Below are positions 37,130 to 47,131 of a DNA stretch of 64,000 nt, in pieces. The notes under the pieces are model-generated. The model was given only the letters and a program-made list of their open reading frames with translations, was not told the DNA's origin and did no database searches. The number at the start of each line of letters is the position of its first letter. Position 1 is the first letter of the stretch. Both the position numbers and the translations under genes were made by a program. The DNA is from Planctomycetota bacterium (GTDB taxonomy: Bacteria > Planctomycetota > UBA8108 > SXIK01), in the NCBI GenBank assembly GCA_965223845.1, contig CBDCXR010000004.1:6048001-6112000 (forward strand), in the 5' to 3' direction.

Positions 37130-40100
37130 ATGAAGTCGACGCGCGCTGCGTGGACGATCGTGCTTGTGATCGCGATCGTTCCCACCTGGACGGATGCCTC
37201 CGACCCTGGGAAGGCCGAAGACGCGGACGCCCCAGGCGCTCGGCCCGCGGCCGTCGACTCCAGCTTCGATGCGGAGATCGCGCCGATCCTCGCGGAGCGC
37301 TGCCTCGACTGCCACAGTGGTCCCGAACCGAAGGGAGGGCTCGATCTCTCCCGTCGCCGAACTGCGCTCGCCGGCGGGGAGACCGGCCGTGCGATCACCC
37401 CGGGCTCGGCGGAATCCAGTCTACTCTGGCAGCGCGCCCGTTCCGGCGAGATGCCACCGAAGGAACGTCTCCCCGATCGGGAGCTCGAGGCGCTCGCGCG
37501 CTGGATTTCGTCCGGGGCGCGCTGGGGTACGGACCCGATCGATCCGTTTCGCTTCACGACGGACCGCCGCGCGGGCTACGACTGGTGGTCGCTCCAGCCG
37601 ATTCGTGATCCCGTTGTTCCATTCCGAAACGATGGCCGAGACGATCCCGGCGCCGGCAGCACGAACCATCCCGTCGACGCCTTTGTCCGCCGCCGACTCG
37701 ACGCCGAAGGGATCACTCCGTCCGCCCCGGCGTCTCCGCGCGCTCTCCTTCGCCGTCTCTCCTTCGGCCTCACCGGCTTGCCGCCGAGTCCGAGCGAGCT
37801 CGAGGCGTTCGTCGCCGAGTCCTCGGACGCCGCGTACCTCGCGTCGGTCGATCGACTTCTCAGCTCGCCCCACTACGGCGAGCGGTGGGCGCGTCACTGG
37901 CTCGACGTCGTCCGCTTCGGGGAGAGCCACGGCTTCGAATACGACCAGCCGCGCAACAACGCCTGGCCCTACCGCAACTGGGTAATCGACGCGTTCAACC
38001 GCGACCTGCCCTACAACGAGTTCGTTCGCTTGCAGATCGCGGGTGATGTTCTGACGGGGGGGAGTGAGGACGGCGTCGCGGCGACCGGTTTCCTCGTCGC
38101 CGGTCCGCACAACACGACGCTACCCTCGAGCGACAAGATGCGCCGGAGCATGGCGCAAGATGAGCTCGAAGACCTGGTCGGTGTCGTCGGCCAGTCCTTC
38201 CTGGGCTTGACCGTCAACTGTGGCCGCTGCCACGATCACAAGTTCGACCCGATCAGTCAGCGAGACTACTACGAGCTCGCCTCCGCTCTCGCCGGCGTGC
38301 GCCACGGCGAGCGCGAAGTGCGAGGCCCTGCGTTCGAGCGGCGTCAGGCGCGCATCGCCGCAATCGATCGCGAAGTCGCGGAGCTTCGCCGGCGCGTCAG
38401 CGAAATCGATGTGCCCGCACGGCGCGCGATTCTCGCCGAGCGCGGGGAGAGCGCGCGAGCGATCGACGCCGGTCCGGCACCGATCGCGCAGTGGGACTTC
38501 GCGCGCGGTCTCCGCGACCAAGTCGGTGAGCTCCACGGCACGGCCGAGCGTGGCGCACGCCTCGAAGACGGCGGACTCGTCGTCGACGGACGGGGGTACG
38601 TCGTCACTCCTCCGATCGCGAAGGGGATCGGCGAGAAGACGCTCGAGGCGTGGGTGCGCCTCGCCGATCTCGGTCAGCGCGGAGGCGGGGTCATCAGCAT
38701 CCAAACACCGGGTGGAGACGAGTTCGACGCGATCGTCTACGGCGAGCGCGAAGCCGGGCAATGGATGGCGGGAAGCGACGGATTTCGCCGCACGAAGTCG
38801 TTTGGCGGGCCCGAGGAGACCGAGGCGGTCGACCGGCCCGTGCACGTGGCGATCGTCTACGCCGCGGACGGAACCGTGAGCGGTTTTCGCGACGGGAAAC
38901 CCTACGGAAGTGCGTACCGGAGCGTCGGACTCAAACGATTCCCGGCGAAGACGAGCGTCGTTCTCTTCGGTCTTCGTCACGCCGATCCCGGCGGTAATCG
39001 TCTACTCCGCGGCACTATCCTCGGTGCGCGGCTGTTCGACCGCGCGCTCTCTCCCGACGAGGTTGCGGCCTCGGCGCGGAGCGGCGGTTTTTTCATCGCC
39101 GAAGAAGAGATCATCGCGCGACTCGATGTCGCGATTCGCGCGCGGCGCGGTGAACTCGCGAAAACGATCGCCTCGCTCGAGGCCGAGCGCGACGGTCTCG
39201 CCGGGGAGCGTCCGCAAAAGATGTACACGAACTCCCCGGCCGGGAATCCCGGGGCGACTCATATCCTTGTTCGCGGAGATGTCACGCGACCGGGCGAAGT
39301 GGTCGCGCCTCGCGGCCTCTCCGCGCTGCGCTCGCTCGATCCCGATTTCGGCCTCGATCCCGCGGCGCCCGACGCCGCCCGGCGCGTGAAGCTCGCCGAT
39401 TGGCTCGCCCACTCCGACAGTCCCCTTCTCGCGCGAGTGATGGTGAATCGCGTCTGGCAGTACCACTTCGGCCGCGGACTCGTTCCGACCGCGAACGACT
39501 TCGGCTTCAGCGGCGGACACCCGAGCCATCCCGACCTCCTCGATTGGCTCGCCCGCGAGTTCATACGAAGCGGCTGGAGCCTCAAGCACCTCCACCGGAC
39601 GATTCTCTCCTCCGCGACCTACCGGCAGAGCTCCCGCTGGCGAGCCGACGCGATCGCCGTCGATGCGGGAAACCGTCTCCTCTGGCGCTTCCATCCCCGG
39701 CGTCTCGAAGCCGAAGCCATCCGCGATGCGATGCTCGTCGCGGCCGGCGTGCTCCGCGCGGAAATCGGCGGGCGCGGGTACCGCGACGTGCGCCACTACC
39801 CGCACAAGGGAAGCAATTTCTACGCGCCGCTCGACGAAACGGGCGAAGAGTTCAACCGCCGGACGATCTATCGCTTCGTCGCACGCGGGGGACGCAATCC
39901 GTTCCTCGACACGTTCGACTGTCCGGATCCGTCGACGACGACGCCCACGCGGACGTCGACGACGACGCCGCTTCAAGCCCTTTCACTTCTCAACAATCCC
40001 TTTGTTTTGCGAGCGGCGCGTTTACTGGGCGCTCGGCTCGAAGCCGAGTGCGGCGACGCCGTCGAGCGGCAAATCGAGCGCGCGTTCGTTCTCGTCTACG

Positions 40101-40216
40101 GACGTCCGCCGAGCGCGGGCGAGGTTCGATTCACGTCCGCCTTCGTGAAAGAGCACGGCATCGAGCTCTTCTGTCGCGCACTCCTCAACAGCAGCGAGTT
40201 CCTCTACCTCCCGTGA
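37130..40216 (+). CDS. planctomycete cytochrome c + DUF1549 + LamG-like + DUF1553 protein
   Basis: CLDCH, MPP, YGERWARHWLDVVRFGES, CGRCHDHKFDP, LamG KTLEAWV..HVAIVY, RVMVNRVWQYHFGRG. Confidence 0.93.
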   Translation: MKSTRAAWTIVLVIAIVPTWTDASDPGKAEDADAPGARPAAVDSSFDAEIAPILAERCLDCHSGPEPKGGLDLSRRRTALAGGETGRAITPGSAESSLLWQRARSGEMPPKERLPDRELEALARWISSGARWGTDPIDPFRFTTDRRAGYDWWSLQPIRDPVVPFRNDGRDDPGAGSTNHPVDAFVRRRLDAEGITPSAPASPRALLRRLSFGLTGLPPSPSELEAFVAESSDAAYLASVDRLLSSPHYGERWARHWLDVVRFGESHGFEYDQPRNNAWPYRNWVIDAFNRDLPYNEFVRLQIAGDVLTGGSEDGVAATGFLVAGPHNTTLPSSDKMRRSMAQDELEDLVGVVGQSFLGLTVNCGRCHDHKFDPISQRDYYELASALAGVRHGEREVRGPAFERRQARIAAIDREVAELRRRVSEIDVPARRAILAERGESARAIDAGPAPIAQWDFARGLRDQVGELHGTAERGARLEDGGLVVDGRGYVVTPPIAKGIGEKTLEAWVRLADLGQRGGGVISIQTPGGDEFDAIVYGEREAGQWMAGSDGFRRTKSFGGPEETEAVDRPVHVAIVYAADGTVSGFRDGKPYGSAYRSVGLKRFPAKTSVVLFGLRHADPGGNRLLRGTILGARLFDRALSPDEVAASARSGGFFIAEEEIIARLDVAIRARRGELAKTIASLEAERDGLAGERPQKMYTNSPAGNPGATHILVRGDVTRPGEVVAPRGLSALRSLDPDFGLDPAAPDAARRVKLADWLAHSDSPLLARVMVNRVWQYHFGRGLVPTANDFGFSGGHPSHPDLLDWLAREFIRSGWSLKHLHRTILSSATYRQSSRWRADAIAVDAGNRLLWRFHPRRLEAEAIRDAMLVAAGVLRAEIGGRGYRDVRHYPHKGSNFYAPLDETGEEFNRRTIYRFVARGGRNPFLDTFDCPDPSTTTPTRTSTTTPLQALSLLNNPFVLRAARLLGARLEAECGDAVERQIERAFVLVYGRPPSAGEVRFTSAFVKEHGIELFCRALLNSSEFLYLP

Positions 40217-41673
40217 CCACACCGCTCGACTCTTCCACGCCCCGACACCCGATCGACCGTCGCGATTTCCTCTCGTGGACGAGCGGCGGGCTGACCGCGG
40301 CCGCGCTCTCCTCGCTTCTCGCGTCGCCGAGCGGCGTGCGCGCCGATGGTGTTCCCGGCGAGGCGTCGGATCCACCGCCCCACCGAACTCCGCGCGCGAA
40401 GCGGGTCGTCCACTTCTGCCTCTGCGGCGGTGTCAGTCACATCGATTCTTTCGACTACAAGCCGGAGCTCGCTCGGTTTCACGGGAAACCGCTCCAGTCG
40501 GAAGAGCGCCCCGAGACCTTCTTCAATCAAATCGGACTCTTGCGGAAGAACGACTGGTCGTTCGAGCGGCGGGGAGAGAGCGGTCTCCTCGTATCGGAGC
40601 TCTTTCCGCACATCGCGACCGTCGCCGACGAGCTCTCGGTCATCCGCTCGATGGTGGCCGACTCGGCGAACCACACGCCGGCGACCTTCGAGCAGAACAC
40701 GGGATTCCGGCTGAACGGATTCCCCGTGATGGGATCTTGGGTGTCGTACGGCCTCGGCTGCGAAACCGACGAGCTTCCCGCGTACGTCGTTCTTCCCGAT
40801 CCGCGCGGCCTTCCGGCTGGCGGTGCGATCAACTGGTCGAACGGTTTCCTTCCCGCTCAGCATCAAGGCGTTTCGCTTCAGAGTGAAGGCCCGCCGATCC
40901 GCGATCTCTTTCCCGCGGAGCCCGTCGCGGACGCCGCGGAGCTCGCGACGCGCGGTCTTCTCGCCCAGCTCAATCGCCGTCACTTCGAGCGTGCGGGCGA
41001 CACCGAGCTGCGCGCGCGAATGAAGAGCTACGAGCTCGCCGCGAAGATGCAGCTCGCGGTTCCTCACGTCACCGATCTCTCCCTCGAGTCTGCTGCGATC
41101 CGCGAGTCCTACGGCGTCGATCGCGAGCCCACGGCGGACTTCGGGCGTCGCTGCCTCCTCACCCGCCGTCTGCTCGAGCGCGGAGTTCGGTTCGTGCAGC
41201 TCTTCTCCGGCGGCTCGTTCGGCTCTCCCCGCATCAACTGGGACGGTCACGAGGACATGGTGCGGAACCATACCCGGGAGGCGACACGCGTCGATCAACC
41301 GATCGCGGCGCTTCTGCGTGATCTGCGCCAGCGCGGGATGCTCGACGATACGCTCGTTCTCTTTACGAGTGAGTTCGGGCGGACTCCGTTCGCGCAGTCG
41401 GCCGCGAACAAGGTCGGCACGGGACGCGACCACAACATGTACGGCTTCTCGGTCTGGCTCGCCGGCGCGGGAGTGAAGGGCGGACAGGCGTACGGTTCGA
41501 CCGACGAAATCGGTTGGAAGACGGTCGAAAGCCCCGTGACCTGGCACGATTTTCACGCGACCGTGCTGCACCTGCTCGGGGTCGATCACGAGCGCCTCAC
41601 CTATTACCACAACGGCATTCAGCGCCGGCTCACGAACGTGCACGGTACGGTCGTTCGCGGCATCCTCGCTTAG
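40213..41673 (+). CDS. DUF1501 domain protein
   Basis: GTG overlaps the upstream stop; Tat DRRDFL; GGVSHIDSFDYKP, NWDGH, SEFGRTP, GRDHN. Confidence 0.93.
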   Translation: MTTPLDSSTPRHPIDRRDFLSWTSGGLTAAALSSLLASPSGVRADGVPGEASDPPPHRTPRAKRVVHFCLCGGVSHIDSFDYKPELARFHGKPLQSEERPETFFNQIGLLRKNDWSFERRGESGLLVSELFPHIATVADELSVIRSMVADSANHTPATFEQNTGFRLNGFPVMGSWVSYGLGCETDELPAYVVLPDPRGLPAGGAINWSNGFLPAQHQGVSLQSEGPPIRDLFPAEPVADAAELATRGLLAQLNRRHFERAGDTELRARMKSYELAAKMQLAVPHVTDLSLESAAIRESYGVDREPTADFGRRCLLTRRLLERGVRFVQLFSGGSFGSPRINWDGHEDMVRNHTREATRVDQPIAALLRDLRQRGMLDDTLVLFTSEFGRTPFAQSAANKVGTGRDHNMYGFSVWLAGAGVKGGQAYGSTDEIGWKTVESPVTWHDFHATVLHLLGVDHERLTYYHNGIQRRLTNVHGTVVRGILA

Positions 41674-41697
41674 AGGCGATACTCCTCTCCGGGATGC

Positions 41698-41963
41698 GAG
41701 AAGGCGCCGGGTGAGGGCACCCGGCGCCTGGGATCCCGAGTTCACCTTACGGCCCGCAAGTGGCGGTTTGCGGTCAGTGCGGTGCTCGGGGACGGTCGCC
41801 TCGGCTGGGCAGGCCGAGGCAAACAGGAGGAGTCGGGCGGAGTCCTCGCGCGGGAGTTCCTACCTCGATTCCTCTTCCGGTCAAGTGCAGTCAGGGCGCG
41901 CTCTCAACGAGACGCGACGTTCGACGCGAGGGACGATTGCGCCGGCCCGGAGGGCCCTAGACG
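41698..41963 (-). ncRNA. putative sigma-54-dependent structured RNA (~260 nt)
   Basis: Downstream of a near-consensus sigma-54 motif; several stems; ends in a perfect 12-bp hairpin (41702-41729); several GGA motifs; no RBS-supported ORF. Confidence 0.45.
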
Positions 41964-41973
41964 CCGGAGAGAG

Positions 41974-41989
41974 TGCAATCGCCGTGCCG
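41974..41989 (-). promoter_or_regulatory. sigma-54 promoter
   Basis: Minus strand cGGCACGgcgaTTGCA, near-perfect -24/-12 consensus. Confidence 0.65.
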
Positions 41990-42157
41990 TCTTCCAAATT
42001 CGCGCTCCTCGCTCGTTCTGCAGGGGCGACCTGCGTCCGAAGCTCGGCGGTAGTTCGGACTTGGAGAGCGTCGTCTACGATGTGGATAGCGCTTCACTCT
42101 GGGGCGCGGTACCGCGGTCTCGAGTCGTCGCCGTTTCGACGCCCCTTGTTCAGCGTC

Positions 42158-43618
42158 TCAAGCGTCGACTTCGAGCGTCCCGACGACGGTGCCGACTCCC
42201 GCCGGGATTCGCAGCGATCCTCGCTGCACCGTATTCCCTGAGATCGAGTTGTCGCGGCTGAACCGCTCTTCGATCTCGATCGAAGCGAGCATCGACTTCT
42301 CCCGCCGACGATCGATGACCGTACAGTTCGAGATGCGCCCTCGCTTCACGCGATCGAAGACGATGCCCCGGTGACGGGGATCGAGAATCTGGCACTCGCT
42401 GAGCGTCACGTCGCGTGAATCGACGACCTCGATCGTGCCTCCGCCTTCCTTCGTTCCGCGAAACGAGTTCTCGATGATCATCCCGGTGATCGAGACGCCA
42501 TCCGAGCCGCGGACGAGGACGCCGTCGGTGAGGCGCTTTCCGCGGTGGTCCGGGTTCCAGTCGATCGTGTTTCCCGCGAGCACGATGTTCGCGCTGCGCT
42601 CGACGAGAGCCGTCAATCGCTCCGCGCTGTAGAGCGAGTTGCCACTGACGGTGACGCCGCGACAGCGATCGAGGTGGATGTTGTCGGTCTGGCTTCCGAT
42701 CAAGTTTCCGGTGATCGCCAGAAGACCGGACGTCCGCAGCTCCGGACCGCCGACGACGCGAACGTTCGCTCCACCCGGGCTCGGCCGCGCTTGGATGGTA
42801 TTCCCGACGATCGTCCCTTCGCGGAACGTGCTTCCCTCGAGCGTGAGATCGAACCACACATCGGCAGACCCGCCCGTTTTCGGGTCGTGGTTGTATTCGA
42901 TGTCGTTCCCGCAGATCTGGATGTTGCGCAGCTCACCGCCGCGAAAGAGGAGGCCCGATCGCGGGTTGTAGCTGATGTGGTTGTTGTTGATCACGCACTG
43001 GTGGAGATTGACTTGGTCGAAGAGGAGGCCGATTTCCCGGTTGTGATAGATGTGACACTCGCTGACGACGAGGTTTCGGTTGCGTCGGGTGAGATGAACG
43101 CCGATGCGGCAGCGACGGATGAGAAGGTGCGAGAGGGAGGCCTGCATCGTGCCTTCGAGCCGAAGCCCAATCGCTTTCTCGTGCGCGCCGCGGATTTCCA
43201 CGCCGCTCACGAGAGGGAGGCGCTCGCGATTCCACACTCCGGGGAGAACCGAGCCCGGGTCGGCCGTGCCGGCGTGCGTCCCGCGAAAGTGGAAGGCGGG
43301 ACCGTCGAGATCGGCGAGGACGACGGCGCTCCCGTCGCCCTCGAGCGCACGGTGGCCCGTGGACGATAGATCGACCTCGATCGGGCGGGTGACTCGATAC
43401 GTTCCGGCCGAAAACCCAATCGCGCCCGGTGATTCCTTCAGTGCCCGCACGATGGCGTCGGTGTCGTCCGTCTTCCCATCCCCGACTGCACCGAACGCGC
43501 GGACGTCGTTCGACGCCCGCGGCGGCGTCTTCGCGTCCGTCGGATCCGCGTGCAGCGTACGCGTCGCGCCGAGTGCGCCTCCGAGTGCGGCTACGCGCAC
43601 GAAATGCCGTCGATCCAT
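42158..43618 (-). CDS. Tat-exported right-handed beta-helix (pectate-lyase-fold) protein
   Basis: MDRRHFV Tat motif; FGAVGDGKTDDTDAI; repeated I/V-x-G-N/C rungs. Confidence 0.88.
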   Translation of the reverse strand: MDRRHFVRVAALGGALGATRTLHADPTDAKTPPRASNDVRAFGAVGDGKTDDTDAIVRALKESPGAIGFSAGTYRVTRPIEVDLSSTGHRALEGDGSAVVLADLDGPAFHFRGTHAGTADPGSVLPGVWNRERLPLVSGVEIRGAHEKAIGLRLEGTMQASLSHLLIRRCRIGVHLTRRNRNLVVSECHIYHNREIGLLFDQVNLHQCVINNNHISYNPRSGLLFRGGELRNIQICGNDIEYNHDPKTGGSADVWFDLTLEGSTFREGTIVGNTIQARPSPGGANVRVVGGPELRTSGLLAITGNLIGSQTDNIHLDRCRGVTVSGNSLYSAERLTALVERSANIVLAGNTIDWNPDHRGKRLTDGVLVRGSDGVSITGMIIENSFRGTKEGGGTIEVVDSRDVTLSECQILDPRHRGIVFDRVKRGRISNCTVIDRRREKSMLASIEIEERFSRDNSISGNTVQRGSLRIPAGVGTVVGTLEVDA

Positions 43619-43888
43619 CGTTTCTCCCTCCTGATGTCCTTCGAGATCGGCCCGCCCGATCCTACCTCTTCCCTTCGAGCCGCCTCTACACGGATCGGTC
43701 GAAGGACGGCGCCGCGACGGCGGAGCATCCTCCGTCGACCTCGAATCACTGCGCTTCGCGATCAGAACGGGGCCGACCTCGACGCGGGAACTGCCGCGCG
43801 TGGCGACGAGCTTCTCCGACTCGACGGGCGACGCTCGTTCAAACTCGGCGCTGCCGAAGAACGCTGCGAACCGCTGCGCGGAGCGCGA

Positions 43889-45988
43889 CTAGCTCGGTCG
43901 CGACGCCGGTGCGGCGCGAGGAGGGCTCGAGGCGCCGGGAGGCTCGTTCCCGGACGGAGAGGCCTCCCGATCGCTCGATACGGGTGGTTCCGCCGCGGAT
44001 CGGGATTCGCCGGTTCTCGGCGCGGACGAATCGCTCGTCAAGTACGTGCACGCCGCGAGGCTCAGCTTGTAGAAATCGACGAATCGCCGTGCTTCGGCGG
44101 GAGTGATCTGCCCCTGCCGCTTTGCTGCTTCGACGTCCGCGCGAATGCGACGCACGAGCTCGACCCCCGAGTACTGCACGTAGGACAGGACCTGCTCGAC
44201 GGTGTCTCCGTCGACGACGGTGTCGATATTGACGTTGCCGAGTCCCGAACCATCGCGCTCGCGAAGCTGCACGTGAACGGAGTTCGTGTCGCCGAAGAGG
44301 TTGTGGAGATCGCCGAGGATCTCCTGGTACGCCCCGACGAGGAATACACCGAGGTAGTATTCGCCGCCGTGGAAGGGATGCAGCTCGAGCGAGCGCTTCA
44401 CATCCCGCCGGTGGATGAAGCGGTCCACCTTCCCGTCCGAATCGCAGGTGAGGTCGGCGAGGACACCGCGGCGATCGGGGCGCTCACCGAGCCGATGGAT
44501 CGGAAGAACCGGGAAGAGCTGGCCGACGGCCCAGCTGTCGGGAAGCGATTGGAAGACGGAGAAGTTGCAAAAGTACGTGTCGGAGAGCTGATCTTCGATC
44601 CCTTCGAGCTCTTCCGGAGTCGTCGGCAGAGTGCGCGCAACGCGGAGAATCCGCTGGAGAGCGCGGTAGTAGAGCCGCTCCGAGAGCGCGCGCTGCCCGA
44701 GAGAGAGATAGCCGAGATTGAAGGTGTTGATGGCTTCTTCGTAGTACTGAACCGCGTCGTGGTAGCACTCGATGACGTTGCGACTCGACACCTCGTTCGG
44801 GATGGCGTGGAGCTCTTGAACGGGCTGCGGTGCCGTCGCGACGGAGCTCTCATCGACGGCGTCCGTCTCCTCCGGCGGGTCACCGCCTTCCCGCGCGGCG
44901 GGGAGGCAGCGCGACACGCTGAGCACGTTCGTCACGAGGACGCTGTGATAGGCGACGAGCGCGCGGCCGGATTCGGAAATGATGAGAGGGTGCCGGACAC
45001 CCGTCTCGTCGCAGACCGCCCCGACCCGCGCGACGACGTCGCCGGCGTACTCCGTGAGTGAATAGTTGACCGACGACTCGAAGTTCGTCTGGGATCCGTC
45101 GTAGTCGATTCCGAGTCCACCCCCGACATCGATCATCTCGAGCCCCGCGCCGGCTCGCGTGAGCTCGACGTAGATGCGCGCGGCTTCCGTGATCGCGTTC
45201 TTCAGGTTGTAGATATTCGTAATCTGACTTCCGATGTGGAAGTGAAGGAGACGCAGGCAGTCGGCCATCCCGTTCTCGCCGAGGTGGCGGACGAGACGGA
45301 GGAGCTGCGTCGCGGTGAGCCCGAACTTCGACCGATCGCCCGTCGAGCTCTTCCACCGCCCCGCGCCGCGCGCCGACAGCTTCGTCCGCACGCCGAAGAC
45401 CGGGCGAACGTCGGAGCGGCGGGCCTTGCGGAGGATCATCTCCGCTTCGGCGTAGCTCTCGACGACCGGAATGACGCGTTTTCCAATCTTCTGTGCGAGG
45501 ACGGCCATCTCGATGTACGACTCGTCCTTAAAGCCGTTACAGATGATGGGAACGTCGGCCCGCGGGGCGAGAGCGAGCACCGCGAGGAGCTCGGGCTTCG
45601 AGCCGCACTCGAGTCCGAACTCGTATTCGCGGCTGCAGTCGAGGAGATCCTCCACGACTTGGCGCTGCTGATTCACTTTGATGGGATAGACGCCGCAGTA
45701 GCCGCCGCGGTAGTCGTTCTCGCGAATGGCGCGCTGAAACGCGGCGTTGATCTCGGCGACGCGGTGACGAAGAACGTCGGTGAAGCGGATGAGGAGCGGC
45801 AGCTCGACGCCTTCGGTGCGGAGCTCGTCGACGAGCTCCTTGAGATCGATCGAGGCGCGGTCGTCCTTGTAGGGATGCACCGCGACGTGTCCCGCTGAGT
45901 TGACGGAGAAGTAGCCTTTTCCCCAGGCGGGGATGTCGTAAAGCTCGCTGGCGTCCTGCGCGGTCCAGCGCGGGGGAAATCGCACCAT
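43889..45988 (-). CDS. speA: biosynthetic arginine decarboxylase
   Basis: WGKGYF, YPIKVNQ (PLP Lys), GLECGSKPEL, HFHIGSQ, DVGGGLG, SLPDSW, DLTCDSDG, GAYQEILG. Confidence 0.96.
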   Translation of the reverse strand: MVRFPPRWTAQDASELYDIPAWGKGYFSVNSAGHVAVHPYKDDRASIDLKELVDELRTEGVELPLLIRFTDVLRHRVAEINAAFQRAIRENDYRGGYCGVYPIKVNQQRQVVEDLLDCSREYEFGLECGSKPELLAVLALAPRADVPIICNGFKDESYIEMAVLAQKIGKRVIPVVESYAEAEMILRKARRSDVRPVFGVRTKLSARGAGRWKSSTGDRSKFGLTATQLLRLVRHLGENGMADCLRLLHFHIGSQITNIYNLKNAITEAARIYVELTRAGAGLEMIDVGGGLGIDYDGSQTNFESSVNYSLTEYAGDVVARVGAVCDETGVRHPLIISESGRALVAYHSVLVTNVLSVSRCLPAAREGGDPPEETDAVDESSVATAPQPVQELHAIPNEVSSRNVIECYHDAVQYYEEAINTFNLGYLSLGQRALSERLYYRALQRILRVARTLPTTPEELEGIEDQLSDTYFCNFSVFQSLPDSWAVGQLFPVLPIHRLGERPDRRGVLADLTCDSDGKVDRFIHRRDVKRSLELHPFHGGEYYLGVFLVGAYQEILGDLHNLFGDTNSVHVQLRERDGSGLGNVNIDTVVDGDTVEQVLSYVQYSGVELVRRIRADVEAAKRQGQITPAEARRFVDFYKLSLAACTYLTSDSSAPRTGESRSAAEPPVSSDREASPSGNEPPGASSPPRAAPASRPS

Positions 45989-46392
45989 CGTGGATGACTC
46001 GGGCGGAATTGGAGGAGGGATGCCGCACCGGCGGACGCGGCGCTCGCGTCGGGATCGGAGTCGAGCTCCGTCTCGGTTCGAGAGCCTGCCCGCAGCCACG
46101 ATCGGGTCGGTCGGGGCTCGGCCACGGATTAGCGAACTCAAAGCCCACTGCGCACGCAACAGAAAACGCCGCTCGGCAGCCCGCATTTGGCGAGCGTTCG
46201 GGACCGCTCCGGCCGCGCCGGACGGGTCCGATAATCCTCGGTCGCTGAAGGGCCGGAACGCCGCGGGCGTCCCACGTGCGTAGGACGACAGCTCCGGGCG
46301 GCCGTTGTATTCTTCAGTCGAGCCGATCCTTCACCGGCGTCTCTGCCGGGGAATCATCCCGCCGTTCGACCATCTCTGACCCATTCCGCGCC

Positions 46393-47106
46393 ATGGCCGA
46401 AGCGAAAGAGACGCAGCGAGGCGTCTCCACCACTCAGCTCACCGTGCAGTTCTTCCTTATCTGCATGGTCTTCGGCATCTGGTCGACCCCGCTCATCCAC
46501 CCGATAAAGATCATGGTGGTGCTCTTCCACGAGCTGAGTCACGGGCTGATGGCCTTAGCGACGGGGGGAACGATCCTCAGCATCGAGATCACGCAGCAAG
46601 AGGGCGGCTTGTGTGAGACCGAAGGTGGACACGCCGCGTTGATCGTGAGTGCGGGGTATCTCGGGAGCATGTTCTTCGGGGGGCTGCTTCTCTACCTCTC
46701 GAAGTTTCGCGAGTACGTGGGCGTCGTCTACACGATGCTCACGATACTGCTCGCCGCCGCGATCTTTTCCGTGCTCAAGGACCCCTACACGCGCGATTTT
46801 GCCACCGGACTCGCGGGCGCCTTCGTCGTGCTCGGCCTTCTCGCGCCGTCGATGGTCGGAGCGTTTTTCCTCCAGCTACTCGGTACGGTGAGCTGTCTCT
46901 ATTCGCTCTTCGACATCTACGGCGACGTCCTGGCGCGTTCGGGGGCGTCCTCGACGCTGCAGAACGACGCGACGGTTTTTTCCGAGCTCACGGGCGTGTC
47001 GACGTCCCTCATCGGATTCCTGTGGCTCGCGGTGTCGTTCGTCTACTTCGTCGTCGTGCTGCGCTTCCGCGTGCGAGCGACGAGCGCGGAGGTCGAGGCG
47101 GAGTAG
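46393..47106 (+). CDS. M50B-family membrane metallopeptidase
   Basis: FHELSHG (HExxH), SAGYLGS, QNDA, multiple TM helices. Confidence 0.85.
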   Translation: MAEAKETQRGVSTTQLTVQFFLICMVFGIWSTPLIHPIKIMVVLFHELSHGLMALATGGTILSIEITQQEGGLCETEGGHAALIVSAGYLGSMFFGGLLLYLSKFREYVGVVYTMLTILLAAAIFSVLKDPYTRDFATGLAGAFVVLGLLAPSMVGAFFLQLLGTVSCLYSLFDIYGDVLARSGASSTLQNDATVFSELTGVSTSLIGFLWLAVSFVYFVVVLRFRVRATSAEVEAE

Positions 47107-47131
47107 TCGCGCTTCGGCGCGTCGCCGCGGC

